Source: Flavobacteriales bacterium (GTDB lineage Bacteria > Bacteroidota > Bacteroidia > Flavobacteriales_E > Vicingaceae). From it: a stretch of 64,000 bases of DNA. Under the pieces are notes generated by a model that saw only the letters and a list, made by a program, of their open reading frames with translations, was not told the origin of the DNA and searched no databases. Position numbers and translations under genes: made by a program. The stretch lies in contig JAWUVT010000077.1 in NCBI GenBank assembly GCA_034112225.1, forward strand, positions 7,616 through 71,615. The letters are read 5' to 3'. The first letter of the stretch is position 1. Each line of letters begins with the position of its first letter. Of this stretch, positions 10,901-19,210 are shown one piece after another.

Positions 10901-12238
10901 TGTCCACTTTGGAAAACAATACGCATTAACGAACCATCACCAATGGTAATAACTAGCCTTACTCAAGATACAACTATTTGCATTGATGGAGCAATTATTT
11001 TAGAAGGAGATATTACTGGAGGAATTGGTCCAGTTCGTTTAATTTGGGATCATAACTTAATTGGCAATGGACCTCACAGTGTCAATCCCCCTGATAGTTT
11101 AACTCGTTATTATGTGTACGGAATAGATTCATTAGGTTGTACCTCCAAAACAGATAGTATCACCATACTATGGCATGATTCACTTCGGATTACAGACTTA
11201 ATTTCAGATACGATATGCCAAGATGATGCTTTTAACAGTTCGTTATTAATTGCTGTAGTTACTGGAGGAGATGGAAACGGATATACTTATCAATGGTTTG
11301 ATGGAACCCATACATTAATTGAAACTACTAAGGATTTACATGCCTCCCCATCAACTAACCCAGAAAATTTTACTCTTATTGTTAGCGATGGTTGCACGAC
11401 TCCAACCGCATCCACAAATGTAGACATCTACCTTCATCCAAGGTTTGATCCGATATTTAAAACGATTACTGGAGATCAATGCTCCCCAGATACCGTCGAA
11501 TTTATTAACCTAACAAATCCAGCAATTATAGCGAGTATAGAATGGAGCTTTGGAGATGGCACCATTTCTACTGTCCCATTAAATACAAATCATATTTACA
11601 ATAAGGCAGGAGTTTATGACATTCATTCGAAGATTACGAGTATCCATGGATGTATCGAAGATACCACCTACCCTGCTTATGTAATAGTAAATCCTTTACC
11701 CTTGGCAAATTTCAACTATTCCCCAGAAAACCCTATAAAATTTGATACAGAAATTACTTTTGAAAACTTAAGTTCAAATTATATCTCTAGCTATTGGAGT
11801 TTCTCTGAAGGAAACCCGCTAAATTCCACTGAAGAGAATCCTATTGTTACTTTCCCTAGTACAGACCCAGGAAATTACCCTACACAATTAACGGTAACAA
11901 GTGATTCGGGCTGTGTAGCTTCAACTGCTGGGAAATTTGTTAAAATTGACGGTGTATATCTCTTGTATATCCCGAATGCGTTTACACCTAACAATGATGG
12001 AAAAAACGATATCTTTAGACCTTTCGGTTCCGACATAGAATTAACAGCCTTTACTATGTCTATTTATAATAGATGGGGAAAACTTTTATTTAACACCAAT
12101 AATATTAATAATGGGTGGGATGGAACTTATAAAGGTGAAAAAGTACCTATCGGAACATACATTTGGAGAATTAACGCTAAAGAAAAATATACTCCAATCA
12201 CCCATGATAATTGGGGGAAAATAACACTTACACTTTAA
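7952..12238 (+). CDS. Giant multidomain surface/adhesin-like protein with type-B T9SS (gliding motility-associated) C-terminal domain
   Basis: Signal peptide. N-terminal CUB-like module (LTIYDGGSTSEPTLGTYTG). PKD-like modules (FEYGDGATDT...LVKLTVIDDNGC; WSFGDGTIST). Proprotein-convertase P-domain-like segment (NMEHSYMGDLVATIVCPNGTSVVLHQQNGGG). SprB-like repeat (CPGSNDGKIRVQITGGETPYTVEYY). The C-terminus IPNAFTPNNDGKNDIFRPFG...YNRWGKLLF...WDGTYKGEKVPIGTYIWRI fits the TIGR04131-type CTD. Confidence 0.9.
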   Translation: MRRHYILLLCTLSFATFFSYSQEVVLMSNGTANICNGILYDTGNQGGSGYSNEENFTLTLCADEPGDVLTVIFNNFHLDTTSTALGNNKDNLTIYDGGSTSEPTLGTYTGNELQGVIVSATSANTSGCLTFVFNSNSEGTGVFSATITCSIPCQPPTALYTNATIAENPLLICQGETVTFDASGSTAQSDFTLVAYIFEYGDGATDTLDNPNTTHAFINPGEYLVKLTVIDDNGCTNINSAIIKIWVSTTPYFNTIVSDSIICLGESSCLDGETRFNPVTYRPSPTTSLTGATYLPDDVGQCFSATLDYEFFTPGQTLNNISDLLGICVNMEHSYMGDLVATIVCPNGTSVVLHQQNGGGTNLGNPNQIDDSLLIGTGWNYCWSPAATNGTWADNSLFGSDPNTMMNSSGNQSLVPRSYESSNSMIPLEGCPLNGIWEIKFCDLWGSDDGFVFDFSIDLEPSLYPSLSTFTPSLGPLRDSTYWSSNTPDNMGYVTSGTADSNEICITPTVSGIMDYTFVANDNFGCSYDTTVSVLIVPNFTYTKNQTDSLVCLGEEAIFTITATSILPITYSWEPASIFNDATLASPTATIHTPGLTTVTVSMNNGSQCIKTETFNIYGTNVSRPTINIVTHDTTLNCRELLNLEVDLGAEIPTFCGLNPTNNCSQAITQTIIGTGTTTISSIPSPYQGYYDDSRIQMIYTAAELNAMGFIGGKITEIGFYITNKASTASYNRFTLKMGCTTTNSFNGATQFETGLSQVHNSGSYTSTSGWNTHILEHAYEWNGVSNLIVEVCYDNHAFTNTDQVAQTSTIQPLTLIEFKNESPNGGCNLNGGSNFSTELNRPIIRLTHCSLTPNPTDYMILWTPAVSLSDATIQNPVATPIISTNYIVMASDLSGLCSSYDTISVTVNSIYTVIFDSIAVSCPGSNDGKIRVQITGGETPYTVEYYDSLGTTLIQTNNTNAADSSSALFSGTYSVKITDNTGCPLWKTIRINEPSPMVITSLTQDTTICIDGAIILEGDITGGIGPVRLIWDHNLIGNGPHSVNPPDSLTRYYVYGIDSLGCTSKTDSITILWHDSLRITDLISDTICQDDAFNSSLLIAVVTGGDGNGYTYQWFDGTHTLIETTKDLHASPSTNPENFTLIVSDGCTTPTASTNVDIYLHPRFDPIFKTITGDQCSPDTVEFINLTNPAIIASIEWSFGDGTISTVPLNTNHIYNKAGVYDIHSKITSIHGCIEDTTYPAYVIVNPLPLANFNYSPENPIKFDTEITFENLSSNYISSYWSFSEGNPLNSTEENPIVTFPSTDPGNYPTQLTVTSDSGCVASTAGKFVKIDGVYLLYIPNAFTPNNDGKNDIFRPFGSDIELTAFTMSIYNRWGKLLFNTNNINNGWDGTYKGEKVPIGTYIWRINAKEKYTPITHDNWGKITLTL

Positions 12239-12259
12239 TACAAAAAAACAGCGTTTAGC

Positions 12260-12990
12260 AAATTCAAAAACTTTTTAAATTGATTCCTCATGATGCAACT
12301 AAATACGCTTTGGATAGCTTTACCCACTTTTCTGAAAAATGGAAAAATACGAGTCAAGTTCAAAATTTGGTAGTGTGCAAAAAAAATGTATCTGACTTCT
12401 CTTCTCAACTCTTAATTATGAAGCTATAATTTTGTGAAATTCACATTAATTCATTTAGTCTTTTGTCAAACATACATTTACTTTATCCATTGCTCCCTAT
12501 TCCAGTAGTGATAAGTATGGAGTGCCAATTGGTCTCAAGTCTATGATTTTAAAGTCTTTATAAACGATTTGTTAACCGTTCTATCCAATTGGTCGTATCA
12601 CTAATTCTGCTAATTTTTGGATCATAACTTAGATCAGAAAAATAGAGTGCATTCATTCTCATTGTTGGCTATATTTCCAATGTGTTTATAGTTCTTTTGC
12701 CATTGATTAGAAAATATTCTTAGTCTTTTAAAAGCAGCTTCAGTTGTATCTAGATTAAATGCTTCTTTTAAATCTATTGCGAGTTCTTCTTTATGTTTTG
12801 AAGCTGCTTAACTCAGAATGTTTCTTTTTATATGAACGACACATTTTTGATGTTCAGTGTTTTTTTAAACTAAAGTAATAACAGCATTTACCCCTGTTAG
12901 GTTGTCTCATCTGTTAAACTAATCTTCTTTACCCCTGGCTGTATATTCATCAAAACTTATTTTCAACAAGAGTATACAATGGTAAGAGTT
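12260..12990 (-). pseudogene. Relic of an IS256/Mutator-family transposase (C-terminal half only, multiple stops and frameshifts)
   Basis: Minus-strand translation gives VLMNIQPGVKKISLTDETT*QGVNAVITLV*KNTEHQKCVVHIKRNILS*AASKHKEELAIDLKEAFNLDTTEAAFKRLRIFSNQWQKNYKHI... A frameshift then leads to FSDLSYDPKISRISDTTNWIERLTNRL*, followed by ...FSEKWVKLSKAYLVAS*. This follows the Mutator signature (D..G......[P]....Q.C..H, then W...YP, then TTN.iE.ln) but is interrupted by in-frame stops. No N-terminal half and no terminal inverted repeats were found. Confidence 0.65.
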
Positions 12991-12998
12991 GGAAGTTC

Positions 12999-13006
12999 TA
13001 TTTTTG
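12999..13006 (+). promoter_or_regulatory. Candidate -7 promoter box (TATTTTTG)
   Basis: Matches TAnnTTTG about 50 nt upstream of the 13057 ATG, at the edge of the IS relic. Confidence 0.3.
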
Positions 13007-13056
13007 AAAATAGGAACTACTGCTCTAAAATCACTTTTTTTTCGTAAACTTGCACT

Positions 13057-14076
13057 ATGCTTAAAAAGATCTTCTTTTTTTATTCAATTCTTTCAATTCT
13101 TTTAATTCTTTCCACTCTTTTATCTTGCACAAAAGAAGCTAATGTTGAACCATTGATCAACGCAGAAGATAGTGAAGAATCCGCTGAAATTTTCACAAGT
13201 ATCTATACCTCTTCAAATAGCGGGCTTTTAGACAACCTGATACATGACATTGAATTGGATGGAACTCTCTCAAAAATAGCTACTAAAAATGGGTATACTA
13301 CTTTTGATGGAACGAGTTGGGAAACTTTGAATTCAAGTAATTCTGCACTTCGATCTGATGAGATTTATTGTATAAAAACTCAAGGAGCTATTACTTGGTT
13401 GGGTAGTGATGATGGACTTATTAAATGTGAAGGTTCGGTGATTACAGTCTATAATAAGAGCAACTCCTCTTTGCCCCTAAATAAAATTAGGAGTTTAGAA
13501 GTTGATCTGTATAATCACTTATGGGTTGGAACTTTCAACGGAGGTGGATTATCAAAATTTGATGGAACTGACTTTACGGTTTATACTCCTGGAAACTCAA
13601 ACCTACCAAACAATTCTATCTCTGCTATCACTAAAGACAATATTGGAAACATATGGATAGCATCAGCCAATGGCATTTCAAAATTTGATGGTTCAACTTT
13701 TACAAATTATAAAACCACAAACACTCCATTACCTAATAGTAATGTGTACACGATTGCTATTGATAACAATAATGTAAAATGGATAGGCAGCAATGGAGGC
13801 CTTACTAGATATGATGACATTAACTGGACAACCTATAACATGGAAAACTCTGGTTTACCTTTAGATCTTGTGAGAGATGTTGCCCTAGAATCGAATACTA
13901 ATTTATGGATTGGTATGGCTGGACAAGGAATTGTAAACTTTAATTATTCGACCAACACTTGGAAACATTTCAATTCAAACAATTCTAATCTTCAGAACAA
14001 TTTCATTAATAAGGTAAGCATTGGTCCTGATCATAAAAAATGGCTATCCACCGAAAACGGGATAACCATTAAATAA
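13057..14076 (+). CDS. Lipoprotein with two-component-regulator-propeller (Reg_prop) repeats, beta-propeller fold
   Basis: Lipoprotein signal (STLLSC). Six to seven repeats of the W(I/V)G(T/S)xxGGLxxFDGxxFTxY type (LWVGTFNGGGLSKFDGTDFTVY, IWIASANGISKFDGSTFTNY, KWIGSNGGLTRYDDINWTTY). No kinase or HTH output domain. Confidence 0.8.
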   Translation: MLKKIFFFYSILSILLILSTLLSCTKEANVEPLINAEDSEESAEIFTSIYTSSNSGLLDNLIHDIELDGTLSKIATKNGYTTFDGTSWETLNSSNSALRSDEIYCIKTQGAITWLGSDDGLIKCEGSVITVYNKSNSSLPLNKIRSLEVDLYNHLWVGTFNGGGLSKFDGTDFTVYTPGNSNLPNNSISAITKDNIGNIWIASANGISKFDGSTFTNYKTTNTPLPNSNVYTIAIDNNNVKWIGSNGGLTRYDDINWTTYNMENSGLPLDLVRDVALESNTNLWIGMAGQGIVNFNYSTNTWKHFNSNNSNLQNNFINKVSIGPDHKKWLSTENGITIK

Positions 14077-14429
14077 TCTATTTCAACTCTAATGCTTGTC
14101 TCCTCTATCGCTATATCACCTTATGATGAGCCCTCTATTACTCATTCTCTTCTCTAGAAAGAGCCTAACGGAAAAGTTAGGGAGCAAAAACCAATCGGAT
14201 TTCAACACCTGATGGTTTTGTCTTTACCATCTATAAAACAGCTGCCTATTTATTTCTTAACGGTAATGCTTACTAGATTTTCATTGTAACGAATAGCATT
14301 ATCTTGTAGAATAGCAAATGAGGATTCATACGTCTTTACAATAGCAATTACAGGTAGATATCTGGATGATTATCCGATAAATTCTATTTTAAAGTAATGA
14401 GGTCACAAAAAGAACTATTTCTTCTATAA

Positions 14430-14468
14430 CAAAAAAAAATGGCTATCCACTGAAAAAAGGATAGCCAT
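14430..14468 (-). terminator. Rho-independent terminator for the 14564..18670 gene
   Basis: Perfect 10-bp stem ATGGCTATCC / GGATAGCCAT (14439-14448 and 14459-14468) with a 10-nt loop. On the minus strand it is followed by a run of nine T (plus-strand A-run 14431-14439), about 95 nt past the stop codon. Confidence 0.7.
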
Positions 14469-14563
14469 TTAATACGTTTACGCTACTTTAAGTCCACTTT
14501 CCGAACGTTTTATTTGTTTAGACTCTTGATGAAATACCCTTCAATAGAAATCTACAGTCTCTA

Positions 14564-17500
14564 TTACTCCTTAATAAATTTGAAGATATTTTTGTTTTTC
14601 AAACTACCCAGACTAACAAAGTACATTCCAGATTTCAGAAAATCAATATCCAATTGATATTTATTCAATCCTTCTCTTGAAAGAATACTCTTCTTTAGGA
14701 ATAATTTTCCGGCAACATCAACCACTTGTATTTCTACATTAACTTCGTTGGTCGTAAAAAATGATAGAAAGGCATTATCTTTTACTGGACTTGGATAAAG
14801 ACGTGCATCAATAAAATCTTTTTTGTTATTAATTGTTTTTATTTCTGAATAAAAGTATTCTCCATCAAAATCTGTTTGCTTTAAGCGGTAATAAGATAAA
14901 CCATCAACTGGTTCGTTATCTATAAGCTCATAAGTGTTATTTTCAGTTGAGTTTCCAGAGCCTTGAACGATACCAACCACTTCATAAATATCTCCATCAA
15001 CACTCCTTTCTACAGTAAAATAATCATTATTAATTTCTGTTTCTGTTATCCAATCTAAATTCACTTTTCGCTCTATCAACTCCGCATCAAAATTCAAGAA
15101 CTCTACAGGTAAGACTCCTGAGCCGGTAAGCGTAAACCCAAACCCTCCTGTTCCTCCGGAGAAAGATGGAACTCCAGTAAACTCTACATAAGGTACATCG
15201 TTGATATATCCTGTATAAGTAGCGCCTAAGAAATTAATATTATCTACAGATGTTGGTGTTATATTCGTGAAATTAAAATTGTTTCCATCAATATTCGTTC
15301 CTGGGTCAAAATCTACACCAACAGACTTAAACCACCTCCACGGAACATCATTTGCTGAAGGATAATTAGTTGTTCGTTCAAAATTTCTTAAATCATAAGC
15401 TGCTCTAACTTCAGCTGTATCAAAGAAAAATCTCACATTAACAGGTGTTGCTATAGTTCCTGAAATGACCCTAGCATTCCAATATCTAGAGGCTAAAAAG
15501 CTACCATGTACACCCGGTGCATTAATGTTTGAATAAACTGTTGGAGATTCCACAATATCTATTTCTGCTTCAAACGCATTTCCATTCTTATCTATAGCAA
15601 ATAACCATTTAGTTATATCAGCTGGATCAGAATAATAGGTCCACACTGCCTCCTCGCATTTTTCTAAGGCAGAAATAACTGTAGCAGCTGCTAACACTAC
15701 ATTAGCTGTAGCACTCAATGGTGTAGCTATAACGGGTATTGTAGGACTAGAACATGCAATACTATAGTATACTGCACCTTCGAAAGTAAAATCGTTATAG
15801 ATAGTAGCAAACTCTCCGCCACAAGAAACAGATCCAAAAGAAAGTTCTATGTCGACATTTGAGAACAAACTTGCTCCTACTTCAATAGCATTTTCATAAA
15901 CTACATAAATTCCATAAGTAGCCCCTGCAGGAACGAAGAGATCTGTAATGTCAAAATTGGTAACTGCAATAGGAGCATTTAATACCGCCAAAACCGTATT
16001 ATCAGTCAATGTCCAACCAGCTGTAGATGCTGAAAAACCAACATAACTTTCTGGTCTATAATATACTTTAACAGTTCTATTGTTAAAGTTTCCTGCGGGA
16101 ACTCCTGGCCCTGATATATCTTCAAACATTAAGTCTAAAGCCGTAATATTAAGATTAGCTGATTTTGCTTTTATATCAAAAAAGAATCCTGAACCAGCTG
16201 AACCACCGCCACAAACTGTAGTTGCATTGGTACCTGCCGTTATAGATGATGCTGCCCCTTGTAAAAAATTTGCTACATAATACGTTGGAGGATCAGTAAT
16301 ACCAGTTGGACAATACGTTGATCCTGTACCAATAGGCACTCCAAGAGTTGGAACATCGTACCAATAATAATCAGGATACGCTCCTCCACTAGCTTCTAAA
16401 CATAAATCAGCAGCACATTCGGTAGAATCATTTGCAATAGCAACAAGTACAGCTGTTTGTGTATCAAATGACCAAATACTACTTGCACCATCACCACCTG
16501 CACTAACAGGAACAATTTTCCAATAATAGGTGGTGTTACTTGCTAAATTTCCTGTATAATAACTTGTTTCAGTAGAATTAGACACCAAAGTAGTTGGACT
16601 AGGGTTGGTATCCATATACACTTTAAATCCAGTAGTAGCACAAGAATGACTATCCCAAGATAAACTTGCTGCTGCACCACAAGGCAATGCCAAAGCATCT
16701 GCGGGGAAACGTCCAGTTACATCAGATGGAGTGGTACCACAATATATAGTGATCATATAATCTTCTGTTTCACCGATTGTTGATCCTGAAAAGCAGGTCC
16801 AACTAGACAGTACTACAGAATTCTCACCATATTGAATTCGCATCCTTGTAGTTCCGGATAAAGCTGTTGTTGGTATGACTACAGGAACTGTAGTCACCGT
16901 ACTCGCATTAATAGTTCCTTGGCCTATTGAGGTAAACTCTCCTGGATCTAAAAAACTACCATTTTGGTTGTAATCTATCCACATCCCACAAGAATGTATT
17001 CCTGCTCCAGAACCAGATGTTATTGATATATTATTTGATGTACCTATTTCAAAAGAAGGTGGAGCAATGGCTGTGTAATCAGAATACCCAGTAGTTCCCG
17101 TACAAGTTGTGCCCGAATTATTATCTAAGGTTCCAAACTGAACCCTTGCTATTAAATCATTTCCAGTACAGAGTAAATTACCTGGGTCACAATAAACAGG
17201 AGTAACTGTTACTAGGGCTGGTACAGAGGTATTGGATAAGCCACTATTCGTACAGGTAATAATCAATTGAAAATAAGTATTCCCAGCAGGTGAGGCGACT
17301 GGAACAGTATACGTATTTGATGTTGCTCCAGATACGTTCGTCCAAGGACCAGTATTGGAAGGTCCGCTTTGCCATTGATAAGTATGCCCTAATTCATAAG
17401 TTTGTGACCAAGAAAGCGCAACACTTTCTGCTGTTGTAATTGAACTTGTAGCTGGAGAAGCCGAACCAGCTGTAGGAGTTCCTGCACAATTGACAGGAGA

Positions 17501-18670
17501 GAGTACCACAATCGTATAATCTTCCCAATCAATATAAGTTGCGTAAGAATCACAAGCACCAGTACCAGTACCATCAATAAAATCAAGATTATATTTCATA
17601 CCAACTCTCATTCTTAGGCCTGCACTAGCAGAACCTATTGGTGGAGATATACTTACGGTTCTTGTTGTAGATCCAACTGTAGCATCATTAAGATTGACAA
17701 CTACATTTTCACCAACATCATCAAAATCTCCATCATCATTCCAGTCAATCCAGGCAGCAGTACGTTGATTATAAGCATTATTATTAAGTCTACTTATCGA
17801 TAAATCATAAGCAACACCTTCAAGTAGCGTAGTTGACAAACCGGTATTTATATATCCATTATCCCATACACTTGTCCTATTAATTGTATTTAATGTCACA
17901 TTACTTAAATATCCTGTGGTAGAGCTAGATCCGCTTACTGGACAATAAACATGACAACCAGAACCCGAAACTGCAGTGATTACTACATCATCAGAAGAAG
18001 AAGTACAACCAGCTAGTGCAATTGTCCATCTAAAAGTTGTTGCCACACCTGGTGTTAATCCAGTAACAGCAGATGTAGGAGAACCTGGAGTGGAAATTCC
18101 AACCCCCGTACAATTGGTAACACAAGTCCAAGTACCTACGCCAACAGTTGGTGTATTCCCTGCTAAATTGGTAGTTGTTGCACAATTAGCCAAGGTTTGT
18201 GGGGAACCAGCAATAGCGGTAGATGGAGGTGTATTTACCGTTACTAACTCCGATGAAGTCGAAGTTATTGAACCTGCAAGAGCACAATTAGGACCAGCGC
18301 CCCAAGAGACTACAACATAATAATATTTTGATCCAACAACAGTTGTCAAAGGAGTATAAGTAGACGTTATCGTTGCAGATGAAGAAGCTGTAGTCTGAAC
18401 CAAAGTCCCGCCCGCTTGATCGTTATCTACATCCTCATACCATTGAACAGACGTTGTAACATAATTGGAAGAGCCACCCCCACAATTCGAATGCGTTTCG
18501 GTACTAAAAGTAAATGACAAATTTCCTGCAGCATCAAATTGACAGTAAGATGTACCTCCTGTAAATGATGTTTGCACTTTAGGTACAATATCTTTTGAAG
18601 CTCCAAAAGAGTTTAATGTCATTCCTAACATTAAAAGTGTGACAAATATATAGTTGAGAATTCTTTTCAT
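14564..18670 (-). CDS. Giant secreted surface protein with GEVED-type modules, Fn3/Ig-like repeats and type-A T9SS CTD
   Basis: Signal peptide. Thr/Ser/Gly-rich Ig-like repeats. Two GEVED-like motifs (IDWEDYTIVV, IGETEDYMITIY). Fn3-like segment (FKVYMDTNPSPTTLV...TTYYWKIVPV). C-terminal ARLYPSPVKDNAFLSF...GMYFVSL...KFIKE sorting domain. Confidence 0.88.
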   Translation of the reverse strand: MKRILNYIFVTLLMLGMTLNSFGASKDIVPKVQTSFTGGTSYCQFDAAGNLSFTFSTETHSNCGGGSSNYVTTSVQWYEDVDNDQAGGTLVQTTASSSATITSTYTPLTTVVGSKYYYVVVSWGAGPNCALAGSITSTSSELVTVNTPPSTAIAGSPQTLANCATTTNLAGNTPTVGVGTWTCVTNCTGVGISTPGSPTSAVTGLTPGVATTFRWTIALAGCTSSSDDVVITAVSGSGCHVYCPVSGSSSTTGYLSNVTLNTINRTSVWDNGYINTGLSTTLLEGVAYDLSISRLNNNAYNQRTAAWIDWNDDGDFDDVGENVVVNLNDATVGSTTRTVSISPPIGSASAGLRMRVGMKYNLDFIDGTGTGACDSYATYIDWEDYTIVVLSPVNCAGTPTAGSASPATSSITTAESVALSWSQTYELGHTYQWQSGPSNTGPWTNVSGATSNTYTVPVASPAGNTYFQLIITCTNSGLSNTSVPALVTVTPVYCDPGNLLCTGNDLIARVQFGTLDNNSGTTCTGTTGYSDYTAIAPPSFEIGTSNNISITSGSGAGIHSCGMWIDYNQNGSFLDPGEFTSIGQGTINASTVTTVPVVIPTTALSGTTRMRIQYGENSVVLSSWTCFSGSTIGETEDYMITIYCGTTPSDVTGRFPADALALPCGAAASLSWDSHSCATTGFKVYMDTNPSPTTLVSNSTETSYYTGNLASNTTYYWKIVPVSAGGDGASSIWSFDTQTAVLVAIANDSTECAADLCLEASGGAYPDYYWYDVPTLGVPIGTGSTYCPTGITDPPTYYVANFLQGAASSITAGTNATTVCGGGSAGSGFFFDIKAKSANLNITALDLMFEDISGPGVPAGNFNNRTVKVYYRPESYVGFSASTAGWTLTDNTVLAVLNAPIAVTNFDITDLFVPAGATYGIYVVYENAIEVGASLFSNVDIELSFGSVSCGGEFATIYNDFTFEGAVYYSIACSSPTIPVIATPLSATANVVLAAATVISALEKCEEAVWTYYSDPADITKWLFAIDKNGNAFEAEIDIVESPTVYSNINAPGVHGSFLASRYWNARVISGTIATPVNVRFFFDTAEVRAAYDLRNFERTTNYPSANDVPWRWFKSVGVDFDPGTNIDGNNFNFTNITPTSVDNINFLGATYTGYINDVPYVEFTGVPSFSGGTGGFGFTLTGSGVLPVEFLNFDAELIERKVNLDWITETEINNDYFTVERSVDGDIYEVVGIVQGSGNSTENNTYELIDNEPVDGLSYYRLKQTDFDGEYFYSEIKTINNKKDFIDARLYPSPVKDNAFLSFFTTNEVNVEIQVVDVAGKLFLKKSILSREGLNKYQLDIDFLKSGMYFVSLGSLKNKNIFKFIKE

Positions 18671-18701
18671 TTTATTTTATTTTATTTTCAGTAACGGTTA
18701 A

Positions 18702-19088
18702 TTACTGTTCACTTAACACGTTGGTTCTAAAATAGGTATCTAAATACTCCTCCGCATAATCAACATCAATCTTTACACGCATTGGTTTCTCTTCACTTGA
18801 TATTCCCAATTCAAAGAAACCAGGCAAAGCTGTAATTTCATTTCTTTTTGAAACATTAAAAAAAAGCGCTTTCCTTACCTCATTATTAGATATTAAATAA
18901 GTCGTTATTTCATTAACCGTTTCTACCTCAATTATTTCATCTTCTGAGGGATTCACTTTATCTTCAACCAATTCTTTTTGCTGAACTGTAATTTCAGTAT
19001 TTTCAAGAGTATTCCTCTGTACAGAAGAAGAAGTTTGAGCATTTAAAAAAAATGGTAGAATTAATACTACAACGCTTATCAGTTTCAT
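18702..19088 (-). CDS. Small secreted protein, unknown function
   Basis: 128-aa ORF with an N-terminal signal peptide (VVLILPFFLNAQ). It lies 31 nt upstream of the giant T9SS cargo gene on the same strand. No recognisable motifs. Confidence 0.55.
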   Translation of the reverse strand: MKLISVVVLILPFFLNAQTSSSVQRNTLENTEITVQQKELVEDKVNPSEDEIIEVETVNEITTYLISNNEVRKALFFNVSKRNEITALPGFFELGISSEEKPMRVKIDVDYAEEYLDTYFRTNVLSEQ

Positions 19089-19172
19089 GTTTTTTATTTT
19101 TTTATCTAAATAATCTAAAAGGAAATCCCTTTTTATTGTACTTACCCATCAATAATAAGTTAAATTATACCT

Positions 19173-19210
19173 GTTAAACTCACTATTTGTTAAATTCACT
19201 ATTTGTTAAT
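19173..19210. repeat. 16-bp tandem direct repeat GTTAAAYTCACTATTT (2 full copies plus a partial third)
   Basis: GTTAAACTCACTATTT at 19173-19188 and GTTAAATTCACTATTT at 19189-19204, then GTTAAT. The repeat lies 85-120 nt upstream of the minus-strand start at 19088. Confidence 0.6.

Noticed and set aside
12270-12400. A plus-strand reading ...DATKYALDSFTHFSEKWKNTSQVQNL that looked like a second, inverted transposase fragment.
   Set aside because: The local sequence CCACTTTTCTGAAAAATGG is an imperfect palindrome, so both strands read FSEKW. The minus-strand reading continues the IS256-like C-terminus in the expected order, so one relic on the minus strand suffices.
17976-18320. A 114-aa plus-strand ORF, and other 60-110-aa ORFs antisense to large genes (for example 16080..16280, 20378..20716, 21266..21469, 8937..9158, 40174..40404, 42330..42575, 43346..43636).
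   Set aside because: They lie entirely inside much longer, motif-supported genes on the opposite strand. They have low-complexity or odd composition and no signal, TM or family motifs. They look like typical shadow ORFs of biased-composition coding regions.
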